Of a stretch of 64,000 bases of DNA, positions 9,901 to 21,253 are shown one piece after another. Numbering within the stretch: position 1 is the stretch's first letter; each line of letters begins with the position of its first letter. Origin of the DNA: Luteolibacter sp. (GTDB lineage: Bacteria; Verrucomicrobiota; Verrucomicrobiia; Verrucomicrobiales; Akkermansiaceae); NCBI GenBank assembly GCA_051251795.1, contig JBPOGC010000001.1, forward strand, positions 9,207-73,206. Direction: 5' to 3'. A program made the position numbers and the translations under genes. The notes beneath the pieces are model-generated. The model was not told the DNA's origin, ran no database searches, and saw only the letters and a program-made list of their open reading frames with translations.

Positions 9901-10065
9901 GCAATCTCCACCGGCGTCGGATCGGAAGTCCAAAAACCGCTCGCCACCGTCGTCATCGGAGGGGTCATCACCTCAACCGCTCTCACCCTCGTGGTTCTTC
10001 CCATCCTTTACCTGATGGTGAATCGCAAGAAGCAGTTCGACCCATCTCTAACCCCATCTCACTGA
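6952..10065 (+). CDS. czcA: Heavy-metal RND permease, CzcA family
   Basis: 1037 aa with DAFPDTTPIQVQINT, SLGAIDFGLIVDGSVV and RLRPVLATA. Confidence 0.93.
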   Translation: MFLHLIRFCLANRLLVFLFTALLIVAGFWAGSRVPVDAFPDTTPIQVQINTVAPSLNGEEIEQQITLPVELEISGLPGLASVRSVSKFGLSQVVATFDDDTEITTARQYISERLLTVELPDGVGTPQMGPISTGLGEIFHYVISSSDGSRTLEELRTIHDWIIKPELRKVRGVAEVNSWGGLEKQYHVVVDPELLLKYDLALADVIEALENNNRNVGGGRLTVSGQDLLVHGIGRVTSIPEIGRIEVAASAGTPVRVSDIAEVRIGSELRRGAVTANGEGEVVLGLAFMLMGENAQTVTQALKERLEEIRPSIPDGVEVEVVYDRTELTDSVLDTVSHNLIGGAVLVTLTLLVLLGNVRAGLLVAICIPLAMLFAVLGMNYFAITASLLSLGAIDFGLIVDGSVVMTEANLRGLAARTREAGRKLTIAERFDCILESSRSVARPILFGMGIIAVVFLPILTLEGTEGKMFRPMAITFILALLGALIIAIVISPVLGHLFLPRKFKSTEGWLSRKLTGGYSAILGLVLKLRWPVLALVVVLLVVTGILATRLGGEFIPRLSEGAITANTIRLAGTSIDTSTEYNTRIEQLLKEKFPDEIRHVWSRIGTAEIATDPMGTELTDIFLSLTPREQWTRAKTQDELVVAMQETVSTLPGVNILFTQPIEMRLNEMESGVRSDVGILIYGDSFEKLTRLSDEIQKVLVDIPGQADVSTDQISGQPGLRIELRPEKMARLGVSAAEILPYIEAIGVLRVGEIYEGQRQFPLAIVLPDEYRTRIDAVRNLVIPTSTGARIPLSDVADVVEAPGSATINREWGRRLIRVQSNVDGRDVVSFVEEAKRKIAEEIDLPEGYVIAWGGQFENLERAHTRLSLVVPLTMILVFVLLYLSLRNFRDVALIYLGIPFALVGGVLSLWMRDIPFSISAAIGFIALFGIAVLNGQILIEAIRSNLQDTTDAVTAVKHAATERLRPVLATAITDAIGFLPMAISTGVGSEVQKPLATVVIGGVITSTALTLVVLPILYLMVNRKKQFDPSLTPSH

Positions 10066-10069
10066 AAAC

Positions 10070-10669
10070 ATGTCCTGCGACTGCCACATCGAAGCCACTG
10101 ACGCATCCCAAAAAGGCGTGCTACGCAAGCTACTCGCCTTGAATGCGATCATGTTTGTCGCTGAGTTGATCGTCGGCATCATCGGCGAATCAACCGGAGT
10201 CATCGCTGATTCCCTAGACATGCTTGCAGATGCGCTTGTTTACAGCATCGCCCTCTATGCCGTCGGTCGCGCCTCTAGCATGAAAACCAGGGCCGCCATT
10301 CTCAGTGGCTGGTTTCAGATACTCATCGCCCTCGGAATCGGAGCAGATATTATCCGTCGCGCCATCACCGGCAGCGATCCTTCCTCGCTTTTGATGTTCA
10401 TTGTTTCCATCGTCGCTCTAGCGGTAAACACCTGGTGCTTGAAACTCATTTCCAAGGAAAGAGACGGGGAGGTTCACATGCGAGCAAGCTACATATTTTC
10501 CAAAAACGATGTCATCGCCAACTCCGGCGTCATCCTCGCAAGTATCATCATCTACTTCACTGGCTCCCGCTGGCCGGATCTTGTCATTGGATCCATCATT
10601 ACCATCGTCGTCCTACACGGCGGCTTGCGTATCCTCTCGGACGCAAAGAGCGAAAAATCGGAAGCGTAA
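10070..10669 (+). CDS. Short CDF cation transporter lacking the cytoplasmic C-terminal domain
   Basis: ADSLDMLADA and SKNDVIAN metal-site motifs; N-terminal CDC; only 199 aa. Confidence 0.85.
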   Translation: MSCDCHIEATDASQKGVLRKLLALNAIMFVAELIVGIIGESTGVIADSLDMLADALVYSIALYAVGRASSMKTRAAILSGWFQILIALGIGADIIRRAITGSDPSSLLMFIVSIVALAVNTWCLKLISKERDGEVHMRASYIFSKNDVIANSGVILASIIIYFTGSRWPDLVIGSIITIVVLHGGLRILSDAKSEKSEA

Positions 10670-10849
10670 AGCGTATTTGCATCACACCAACTCCCTCAGA
10701 GAAATGGCAAAAACTGAATACAAAAACACCGCGCCCTCCTACGATTCTGCGGAGATTGGAATGAGCAATGCAGCTGAAATGAACGCTAATAGCCTACCAT
10801 CCGATAAAAGTTTCTGGAATTTTTCCTTCACCCGAATATCCTAAGCGAA

Positions 10850-11230
10850 GTGAGTCTAAGAATTTTCATCGCAGTCTTCCTGGTTTTGGCAATCGCCAAT
10901 CCAGCTTGCTGCTGTGCCTTTTCTCCTGAAAACCACGCTTCACAAGCCTCTGGCTCCTGTTGTCCAAGCGGCTCCCAGAAGAAGAAAGATGACAAAGGCG
11001 ATTCTTGCACTTGCTCTTTCGTGGCAGAAAAAGCGGCTCCGGATACCGACTTGTTCAAGCCGAACATCAGTAGTTCCGACTTCATCCTGCTCGTGTCTCC
11101 TTGCTCGGATGATGATCGCATTTCTTCTCTTCCCGAGGCCGTCGCATTTCTCGCGAAATGGCCACCCGGCCGATTGCCCGTTCCCCCGGTGGGGACACGT
11201 CTGGCTACCAAGTGTTCCTACCTGATCTGA
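10850..11230 (+). CDS. Small exported Cys-rich protein heading the copper operon
   Basis: Signal peptide followed by ACCC, SCC and CTC motifs. Confidence 0.7.
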   Translation: MSLRIFIAVFLVLAIANPACCCAFSPENHASQASGSCCPSGSQKKKDDKGDSCTCSFVAEKAAPDTDLFKPNISSSDFILLVSPCSDDDRISSLPEAVAFLAKWPPGRLPVPPVGTRLATKCSYLI

Positions 11231-11355
11231 TTCGTTGGCAAGTCGCTCTCTTTCGAGCGTCTTCAAATCGCGCCCTGACCTTTTCAGGCCGAGTTTCATG
11301 ACATCCGCCAATGGCGTTTGTTGCCCCAATTCCAACAATCTTAAAAATCAGATCT

Positions 11356-11649
11356 ATGACATTCATTTCAAAAACAACACTGCTTCTCCTATCGCCCCTC
11401 GCCTTCGTCTCCTGCAACAAGGAAACCGCCGAGGTTGATACCAACACTCCCGCCGCCGAATCGGCTGCCGTGAAACCCTATCCGCTCGATGTTTGCCTCG
11501 TCTCCGGAGAAAAACTCGGATCCATGGGCGATCCCATCGTCATCAACCACGAAGGACAGGAGATCAAATTCTGCTGCGACAGCTGTCCGCCGAAATTCGA
11601 GAAAGATCCCGCGAAATACCTCGAAAAACTCGAAGCAGACTCGGAATAA
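11356..11649 (+). CDS. YHS/TRASH-like metal-binding lipoprotein
   Basis: Lipobox FVSC; CLVSGEKLGSMG...IKFCCDSCPPKFEKDPAKY. Confidence 0.8.
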   Translation: MTFISKTTLLLLSPLAFVSCNKETAEVDTNTPAAESAAVKPYPLDVCLVSGEKLGSMGDPIVINHEGQEIKFCCDSCPPKFEKDPAKYLEKLEADSE

Positions 11650-11699
11650 ACCATCAACCCTGAGCCGCCGTGCCCACGGTGCGGCGGCTCCATTTTCTG

Positions 11700-13025
11700 A
11701 TGAAAAATTCACACCTGTTCCGGGTGCTGGCTCCCTCGTCGTTTGCACTCTTCCTCGCATCATGCGCGGATCTCGGTGGGCTTGGCGGTAGTTCAGCCCT
11801 CGAAGACCTCGATATTCCGGTGGAAAATCTGCGCCCGCAGAATTACTCCGTGGGCTCCGGCGATCCCGACAAGCTCGCCGCCCTCGCCGTCTCCCACAAT
11901 CCATCCATCAAAGCACTCCGCCACAAAGCCGAGCGCATGGAAGCCCAGGCACCCCAGGCCGCCTCCTTGCCGGATCCCATGGCGTCCGTTTCCGCAGGCT
12001 CCATGGCGGAAACCGCCGCCGGTCGTGTCGAAGGCATGGTCGGAGTCTCGCAGAAAATCCCCCTCCCCGGTAAACGAGCCGCCGCCAGCCGCGCCGCCAG
12101 CCACGAAGCCGCAGCCATCCGCTCAGAAGCCGATGCCCTCGCCCTGAAAATTTCCGAACAGGTCAAAAGCGCATGGTGGGATTACTACCTCGCCGACCAG
12201 ACCATCGCCTACACCAAGGAAAACCGCGCCCTCCTCACCACCATCCGCGATGTCGTCACCTCACGCATCGAAGCGGATGCCGCCGCCCAGGCAGACCAGC
12301 TCCGCATTAACAACGAGATCACCATGCTCGACCGTGATCTCGCCAATCTCCGCCAAGTTCGCTCCTCCGCCGTTTCCCGTATCAATTCCCTCCTGAACCG
12401 CCCCACCGGAGCCAGCCTCCCCTCGCCATACGCGCCCTCCATCCCCGCCACCGGCAGCCTGCAAAGCCTCGTCTCCCGCGCCGAATCGAACCACCCGGAC
12501 ATCTCCGCCGCAAAATCCCGCACCGATGCCTTCGCCCAGCGCCTGCGCAAAGCCAAGCTGGAGAAATACCCCGATCCGACCATCGGGCTCACCTACGCGC
12601 CAGTCTCCGGCTCCGGCGTCTCTGCTGCCTCAAACGGCCGCGACCAGGTCTTCGCCACCCTCGGCTTCAACATCCCCCTTTGGCAGGAACCCCGCAAAGC
12701 CATGGTTCGAGAAGCCTCCGAAGGCATGGCCGAAACCCGTGCCATGCTGGAGTCCTCGCGCTCCGATCTCCGCTACCGTGTCGAGGACGCCTACTTCCGA
12801 GCCATGACCGCCCGCGATGTCATCGCCCTCTTCAACGACCGCCTCATCCCCTCCGCTCAGCAAGCATACGATGTCACCCTCACCGGTTACTCCTCCGGAA
12901 AAAACTCCTTCACCGATGTGATCGGCACCCAGCGCGAACTCCTCGCCTATCGCCTCCAGCTCATCCAAAGCCGCGCCCAACTCGGCAAAGCCATTGCCAC
13001 CCTCCAAGCCGCCGCTGCACTATGA
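11700..13025 (+). CDS. cusC: TolC-family outer membrane factor of the Cus-type system
   Basis: Lipobox LASC; SLPDPM, SQKIPLPGK and GFNIPLWQ motifs; upstream of cusB and cusA. Confidence 0.85.
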   Translation: MKNSHLFRVLAPSSFALFLASCADLGGLGGSSALEDLDIPVENLRPQNYSVGSGDPDKLAALAVSHNPSIKALRHKAERMEAQAPQAASLPDPMASVSAGSMAETAAGRVEGMVGVSQKIPLPGKRAAASRAASHEAAAIRSEADALALKISEQVKSAWWDYYLADQTIAYTKENRALLTTIRDVVTSRIEADAAAQADQLRINNEITMLDRDLANLRQVRSSAVSRINSLLNRPTGASLPSPYAPSIPATGSLQSLVSRAESNHPDISAAKSRTDAFAQRLRKAKLEKYPDPTIGLTYAPVSGSGVSAASNGRDQVFATLGFNIPLWQEPRKAMVREASEGMAETRAMLESSRSDLRYRVEDAYFRAMTARDVIALFNDRLIPSAQQAYDVTLTGYSSGKNSFTDVIGTQRELLAYRLQLIQSRAQLGKAIATLQAAAAL

Positions 13026-15043
13026 AAACGTATTTCAAATCCCTCGCCCGGACACCCCGGAAAATCCTCACCATCCTCATCCCTCTGGCACTTTTCCTCT
13101 TCGGCTGGTGGTTCGGTCTGCCCGCGGAAAAAAAATCCATGGCCTCGGACAGCAGCGCCTCAGACAAGGTATGGACATGCTCCATGCACCCCCAGATCCG
13201 CCAACCAGATCCCGGCCTCTGCCCTATCTGTGCCATGGATCTCATCCCGCTCGAAGGCGGCGAAGCCGGAGGAATTCGGCAGGTCTCCCTCAGCCCGGAA
13301 GCCTCCGCCCTTCTCGACATCCGTGTTTCTCCCGTCGTCGCTCTGAATAAATCCCAAGTCAATGAGATCGCCGTCTTCGGCCGCATCGCCCATGACGAAC
13401 GCCTCGTTTCCTCCCTCACCGCCCGCATTGCAGGCCGCATCGACAAGCTCTTCGTCGACTTCACCGGCACCATGGTCGCAGAGGACGAGGAACTCGCTGA
13501 ACTCTACTCCCCCGAGATCTACCTCGCGCAGAAAGAACTCATCGAAGCGCGCAAGGCCATGGACTCGGGCCCGCCCGCCGTCCGCAACACCCGCCGCACC
13601 CTCTACGAAGCCTCCCTCCGCAAGCTCCAGCTTCTGGAAATTTCTCCACAGGACATCGCCACTATCCAGACCGCGGACACACCTTCCGACCGCATCACCA
13701 TTCGCTCACCCCACGCAGGTCAGGTCCTGGAAAAAAACGTCCAGCTCGGCAGCTACGTGAAAACCGGCGACGTCCTTTTCAACATCGCAGACCACTCACG
13801 CGTCTGGCTGAACCTCGAGGTCTACGAAAGCGAACTCGCCTTCATGCGCGAAGGCCTGCCCGTTTCCTTCACCATCGAGGCACTGCCCGGCGAGACTTTC
13901 ACCGGGGAAATCAGCTACATCGACCACCTCATCGATCCACAGCGCCGCATCGCCCTCGTCCGCGTCGATGTGCCCAATCCCGAATATCGCATCAAGCCCG
14001 GCATGTTTGCCAGCGCCCGCATTCTCGCCCCCGCCCTACCTCCCGGTATGGAAAGCGACCGACTCGTCACCGTTCCGAAATCCGCCGTCCTGCGCACCGG
14101 CGACCGCGCCATCGTCTATGTCCGCAGCCCCGGTCTCGATCCCGTTTTCGAAGGTCGCGAGATCCTCTTGGGTTCTCTCCTCGGCGACCGCTACATCGTC
14201 ACCGAAGGCCTCGCCGCAGGTGAAACGGTTGTCTCCCGGGGCGCATTCAAACTCGATTCCGAACTCCAGCTCAAAGCCAAGTCCTCGATGATGAACCCCA
14301 CCGCCGGACTTGAGGAAAGACCCGCCCACTCCGCTCCCGAAGACCTCTCTGGCCAGTGGCAACCCATCCTCCGCTCACTCGGCCGCATGGAAACCGGCGA
14401 TGTCTCCGAGGAAATCGAAACCATGCAGATGGCCGTCAGGAAAATTGCCACCGACACCTTCCAGCCCGAGCTCAAAGCCCTATGGAACGAATTTTCCAAC
14501 CGCCTCCTCGTCGATCTCGCCCACGCAAAATCCCAAGACCCGGCGTCCGCGAAATCCATCGTCCGCAACTCCATCGAACAAGCCGCCCGTTACCTTGGCC
14601 TACCTTCCACCGGAGAAAATCCCATCACCACCGACCCGGAAGTCACCGCACGTTTGGAAAAGCAGATTCAGCTCTACCTCCCCATCGCCAAAGCACTCGC
14701 CGCTGACAACCCCGCCGCCGCAGCCACCGCCGCCGAAAAACTCGCCCAAGCCGCCGAACTTCCTGCCATCAAAGAATCCGCCGGAACCATCGCCACCTCC
14801 CAAGACCTCAAGCCCCAGCGCGCCGCCTTCGAGACCCTCAGCAACACCCTCATCGCTCAAGTCCGCGCCAACGGCCTCGACCGCGTCGGCAACGCCTACG
14901 TCATCCACTGCCCCATGGTCGGCAGCAACACCGGCGCCGACTGGCTCTCCAACGTCCCCGAAGTCCTCAACCCCTACTACGGCGACTCCATGCTCAACTG
15001 CGGCTCCGTCACCGAAACCCTCTCGCTAGATCCTGAAAACTGA
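13022..15043 (+). CDS. cusB: CusB-type MFP with heavy-metal-binding domain and DUF3347-like C-terminus
   Basis: WTCSMHPQIRQPDPGLCPICAMDL, MFP core and C-terminal HCPM...WLS...NPYYGDSMLNCG. ATG 13022 overlaps the cusC stop; the track's 12680 start is an artefact. Confidence 0.9.
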   Translation: MKTYFKSLARTPRKILTILIPLALFLFGWWFGLPAEKKSMASDSSASDKVWTCSMHPQIRQPDPGLCPICAMDLIPLEGGEAGGIRQVSLSPEASALLDIRVSPVVALNKSQVNEIAVFGRIAHDERLVSSLTARIAGRIDKLFVDFTGTMVAEDEELAELYSPEIYLAQKELIEARKAMDSGPPAVRNTRRTLYEASLRKLQLLEISPQDIATIQTADTPSDRITIRSPHAGQVLEKNVQLGSYVKTGDVLFNIADHSRVWLNLEVYESELAFMREGLPVSFTIEALPGETFTGEISYIDHLIDPQRRIALVRVDVPNPEYRIKPGMFASARILAPALPPGMESDRLVTVPKSAVLRTGDRAIVYVRSPGLDPVFEGREILLGSLLGDRYIVTEGLAAGETVVSRGAFKLDSELQLKAKSSMMNPTAGLEERPAHSAPEDLSGQWQPILRSLGRMETGDVSEEIETMQMAVRKIATDTFQPELKALWNEFSNRLLVDLAHAKSQDPASAKSIVRNSIEQAARYLGLPSTGENPITTDPEVTARLEKQIQLYLPIAKALAADNPAAAATAAEKLAQAAELPAIKESAGTIATSQDLKPQRAAFETLSNTLIAQVRANGLDRVGNAYVIHCPMVGSNTGADWLSNVPEVLNPYYGDSMLNCGSVTETLSLDPEN

Positions 15044-15068
15044 ACACTGAAAACTAGCAAACTTTTTG

Positions 15069-18000
15069 ATGAACAAGCTCATCCATTTCTGCCTCCACCA
15101 GAAACTCATCGTCTTCCTCCTCCTCGCCTTCTTCATCGGCTGGGGCGTCCGGGTCGCGCCCTTCGATTGGGACACAGGTAACTACCCCCGCGATCCCGTC
15201 GCCGTGGATGCCATCCCCGACCTCGGCGACAACCAACAGATCATCTTCACCGAGTGGCAGGGACGCTCCCCGCAGGATGTCGAAGACCAGATCACCTACC
15301 CCCTCACCGTCGCCCTGCTCGGAGTCCCCGGCGTCAAGGAAGTCCGCTCCTTCTCCATGTTCGGCGCGTCCTATGTTTACCTGATCTTCGAGGAGGAAAT
15401 CGAATTCTACTGGAGTCGTAGTAGAATCCTGGAAAAACTCAACTCCCTCCCCACCGGCCTGCTTCCTCCGGAAGCCACCCCCTCGCTCGGCCCCGATGCC
15501 ACCGGACTCGGACAAGTCTTCTGGTATGTCCTCGAAGGTCGCGATCCCGATGGCAAACCCGCCGGCGGTTGGGATCTCGACGAACTCCGCGCCATCCAGG
15601 ATTGGCAGGTGCGCTACTCCCTCCTTTCCGCCAACGGCGTTGCCGAAGTCGCCTCCATCGGCGGTTTCCAGCGACAATATCAGGTCGATGTCGATCCGGA
15701 GAAACTCCGTGCCCAGAATGTCACCCTCGCTCAGGTCGTCGATGCCGTCCGCAAATCCAACCAGGAAATCGGCGCCCGCAACCTTGCGGTCAACGGCGTC
15801 GAATATTTCCTCCGTGGCACCGGCTACATCGAGAAAGTCAGCGATCTGGAAAAAGCCGTCGTCGCCGTCCGCGAAAACACCCCCATCCTTGTCGAGGATG
15901 TCGCCGAGGTCGAACTCGGCCCCGCGCTCCGACGCGGCGCACTCGATGTGAACGGAGCCAATGCCGTTGGCGGTGTCGTCGTTGCCCGCTATGGCGCGAA
16001 CCCCCTCGAAGCAATCAAGAACACTAAAAAACGCATCGCGGATCTCGAAAACGCACTACCCATCAAAGCCGTCATCGATTGGAACCAAACCGATACGCAA
16101 ACGGTCTCCGATTTCGCAGCTGAACACAAAATCGAAAACCCTCTCGATCCCTCCTCATCGGACGCATGGACGGATTTCACGAAATCCCACGACAGCCGCG
16201 TCTGGCCGGACTGGCTCACGACATCAAAAGTCACCGTCGTCCCTTTTTACGACCGCTCCGGACTTATCGGCGAAACCCTCAACACCCTCGACGAGGCCCT
16301 CTACCAGCAGGTGCTCGTCACCATTATCGTCGTCGTGATCATGGTGCTCCACCTCCGCACCAGCATTCTCATTTCCGCGATGCTCCCGCTCGCTGTGCTG
16401 ATCACTTTCATCACCATGAAGCTCGCCGGGGTTGACGCGAATATCGTCGCCCTCTCCGGCATCGCCATCGCCATCGGCACCGTAGTGGATGTCGGCATCG
16501 TGCTCACGGAAAACATACTCAAGCACCTCGATGAAGCCTCTGAGGACGAACCACGCTCCGCCGTCATCTACCGGGGTGTCACGGAAGTCGCCAGCGCCGT
16601 CACCACCTCAGTCGCCACCACTGTCGTTAGCTTCCTCCCGGTCTTCACCATGACAGGCGAGGCAGGCCGACTCTTCCGACCGCTCGCATTCACGAAATCC
16701 TTCGCGCTCATCGCCTCCATCGTCGTCGCCCTGACCATCATCCCGCCCGTCGCCCACCTGCTTTTCGGCACCCTCCCGAAATGGGTAAAAACCAAACGCA
16801 TCTTCACCGTCGGCATGCTGGTTCTCGCGGGGGTGGTGTCCTTCACCTTCTCGGTATGGCTCGGCCTCGCGCTCATCCTGCTCGCCATCGGCCTCATCAC
16901 CCCGGTGTTCGTCTCGGGAAAACCCCTCCGCATCGCCATCTTCTCGATGAATTTCGTCGTCGCTCTCGTCATCGGCTGGCTGCTCACCATCGACTGGATG
17001 CCGCTCGGCCTCGACCGCTCGAATTTCTCCAACCTCCTGTTCGTCATCATCGCCATCGGCGGCCTGCTCGGCTTGTTCCGGATTTTTGAAATGTCCTACG
17101 GAGGCATCCTCAAGTGGTGCCTGAACCACAAAGCGATGTTCCTCACCCTTCCCGCCCTGCTGCTCGTCGCCGCACTCTCCATCTGGCTCGGTTTCCCGAA
17201 AGTCTTCGCATTCATCCCGAACACCTTAGGCGACGGCATCACCGAGACACGCATTTGGAAAGACGCTGCCGGGAAATTCCCCGGCCTCGGCCGCGAGTTC
17301 CGTCCCGCACTGGATGAAGGCTCGTTCCTCTACATGCCCACCGTCGCCCCCCACGCCTCCATCGAGGAAGCCCGCGAAGCCCTGCGAATCACCGATGCCG
17401 CCATCCACGCCATCCCGGAGGTCAGCCAAGTGGTCGGAAAGATAGGCCGCGCCGAGACCCCGCTCGACCCCGCTCCCATCTCCATGATCGAGACCGTCGT
17501 GAACTACGTGTCCGAATACAAGACCGACACCAAAGGCCGCGTGATCCGATTCCGCACCGATGACGACGATCATTTCATCTACGATAAATCCGGCGAACTC
17601 ATCGAGGATCGCAGCGGAAAACCCTTCCGCCAGTGGCGTCCGCAGATCAAATCACCCGCCGACATCTGGGCGGAGATCGACAAGGTCACCCGTATCCCCG
17701 GCATCACCGGGGCACCGAAACTACAGCCAATCGAAACCCGCCTCGTCATGCTCCGCACCGGCATGCGTGCTCCCATGGGATTGAAAATCAAAGGCCGCAC
17801 CCTTGAGGAAATCGAAACCTTCGGCCTCGAAGTCGAGCGCCACCTGCGCAGCGGAAACATCCCCGGCCTCGCCACCGCCACCGTCAACGCCGACCGCATC
17901 GTCGGAAAACCCTACCTGGAAATCGTCCCCGACCGCATGGCCGCATCCCGTTACGGTCTTAACATTTCCGATGTCCACGAAACCATCCAAACCGCTATCG

Positions 18001-18952
18001 GTGGCCGCATGGTCACGACCACCATCGAAGGCCGCGAACGATTCATGGTGCAAGTCCGCTTCACCCGCGAAGACCGCGACACCCTGGAGGCCTTGCAGAA
18101 CGTCCTCATCGATACCAAGGAAGGTGCGAAAGTTCCGCTCTCCCAGCTCGCCGAAATCCGCTACGTCCGCGGTCCGCAAATGATCAAGGCCGAGGACACC
18201 TTCCTCACCGGTTACGTCACCTTCGGTTCGGATCCCGGCTTCGCGGAAGTCGATGTCGTCCAGGCGGCCAGCGACTACCTCGCGAAAATGGAATCCGAAG
18301 GGAAGCTCAAGCGGGCGGAGGGCATCCGCTACGACTTCGCCGGCAACTACGAGGCCGCCCTTGAGTTCAACCGAACCCTCATGATCATGCTCCCACTCTG
18401 CCTCGGGGTGATCTTCGTTCTGCTCTACTTCGACAATCGCTCAATTACTACCACCTTCATAGTATTCAGCGGTGTCTCCGTCGCATGGGCGGGAGGCTTC
18501 CTCATGCTCTGGCTCTACGGTCGACCCGGCTTCCTCGACTTCGACTTCTTCGGCCACAATGTAGCCGAACTATTCAACGTCGGAACCGTCAATCTCTCCA
18601 CCGCCGTCTGGGTCGGCTTCCTCGCGCTCTTCGGCATCGCCACCGATGACGGCGTCGTTATCTCCACCTACCTGCGCCAGAAATTCGACGAACTGAAACC
18701 CTCGACCACCGCCGAAATCCGTCAGGCCACACTTGAGGCAGGCCTCCGCCGAGTCCGCCCCTGCCTCATGACAACCGCCACCACCATTTTAGCGCTACTC
18801 CCAGTCCTAACCAGCACCGGTCGCGGCTCCGATCTCATGGTGCCCATGGCTGTCCCCATTTTTGGGGGCATGGTCATCGCCCTCATGACCATGTTCGTCG
18901 TCCCCGTCCTCTTCTGCATGACCAAGGAAATTTCTTCGAAAACCAAAACCGC

Positions 18953-18956
<4 letters not shown>
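15069..18956 (+). CDS. cusA: Cu(I)/Ag(I) RND permease, long CusA form (about 1295 aa)
   Basis: [43 protein letters not shown] and [12 protein letters not shown]. Confidence 0.93.
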
Positions 18957-21238
<2,282 letters not shown>

Positions 21239-21253
21239 ACTAAACCATCAATT

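Noticed and set aside
12680-13021. N-terminal extension of cusB in the ORF track
   Set aside because: It lies inside cusC; ATG 13022 overlapping the cusC stop is the plausible start.
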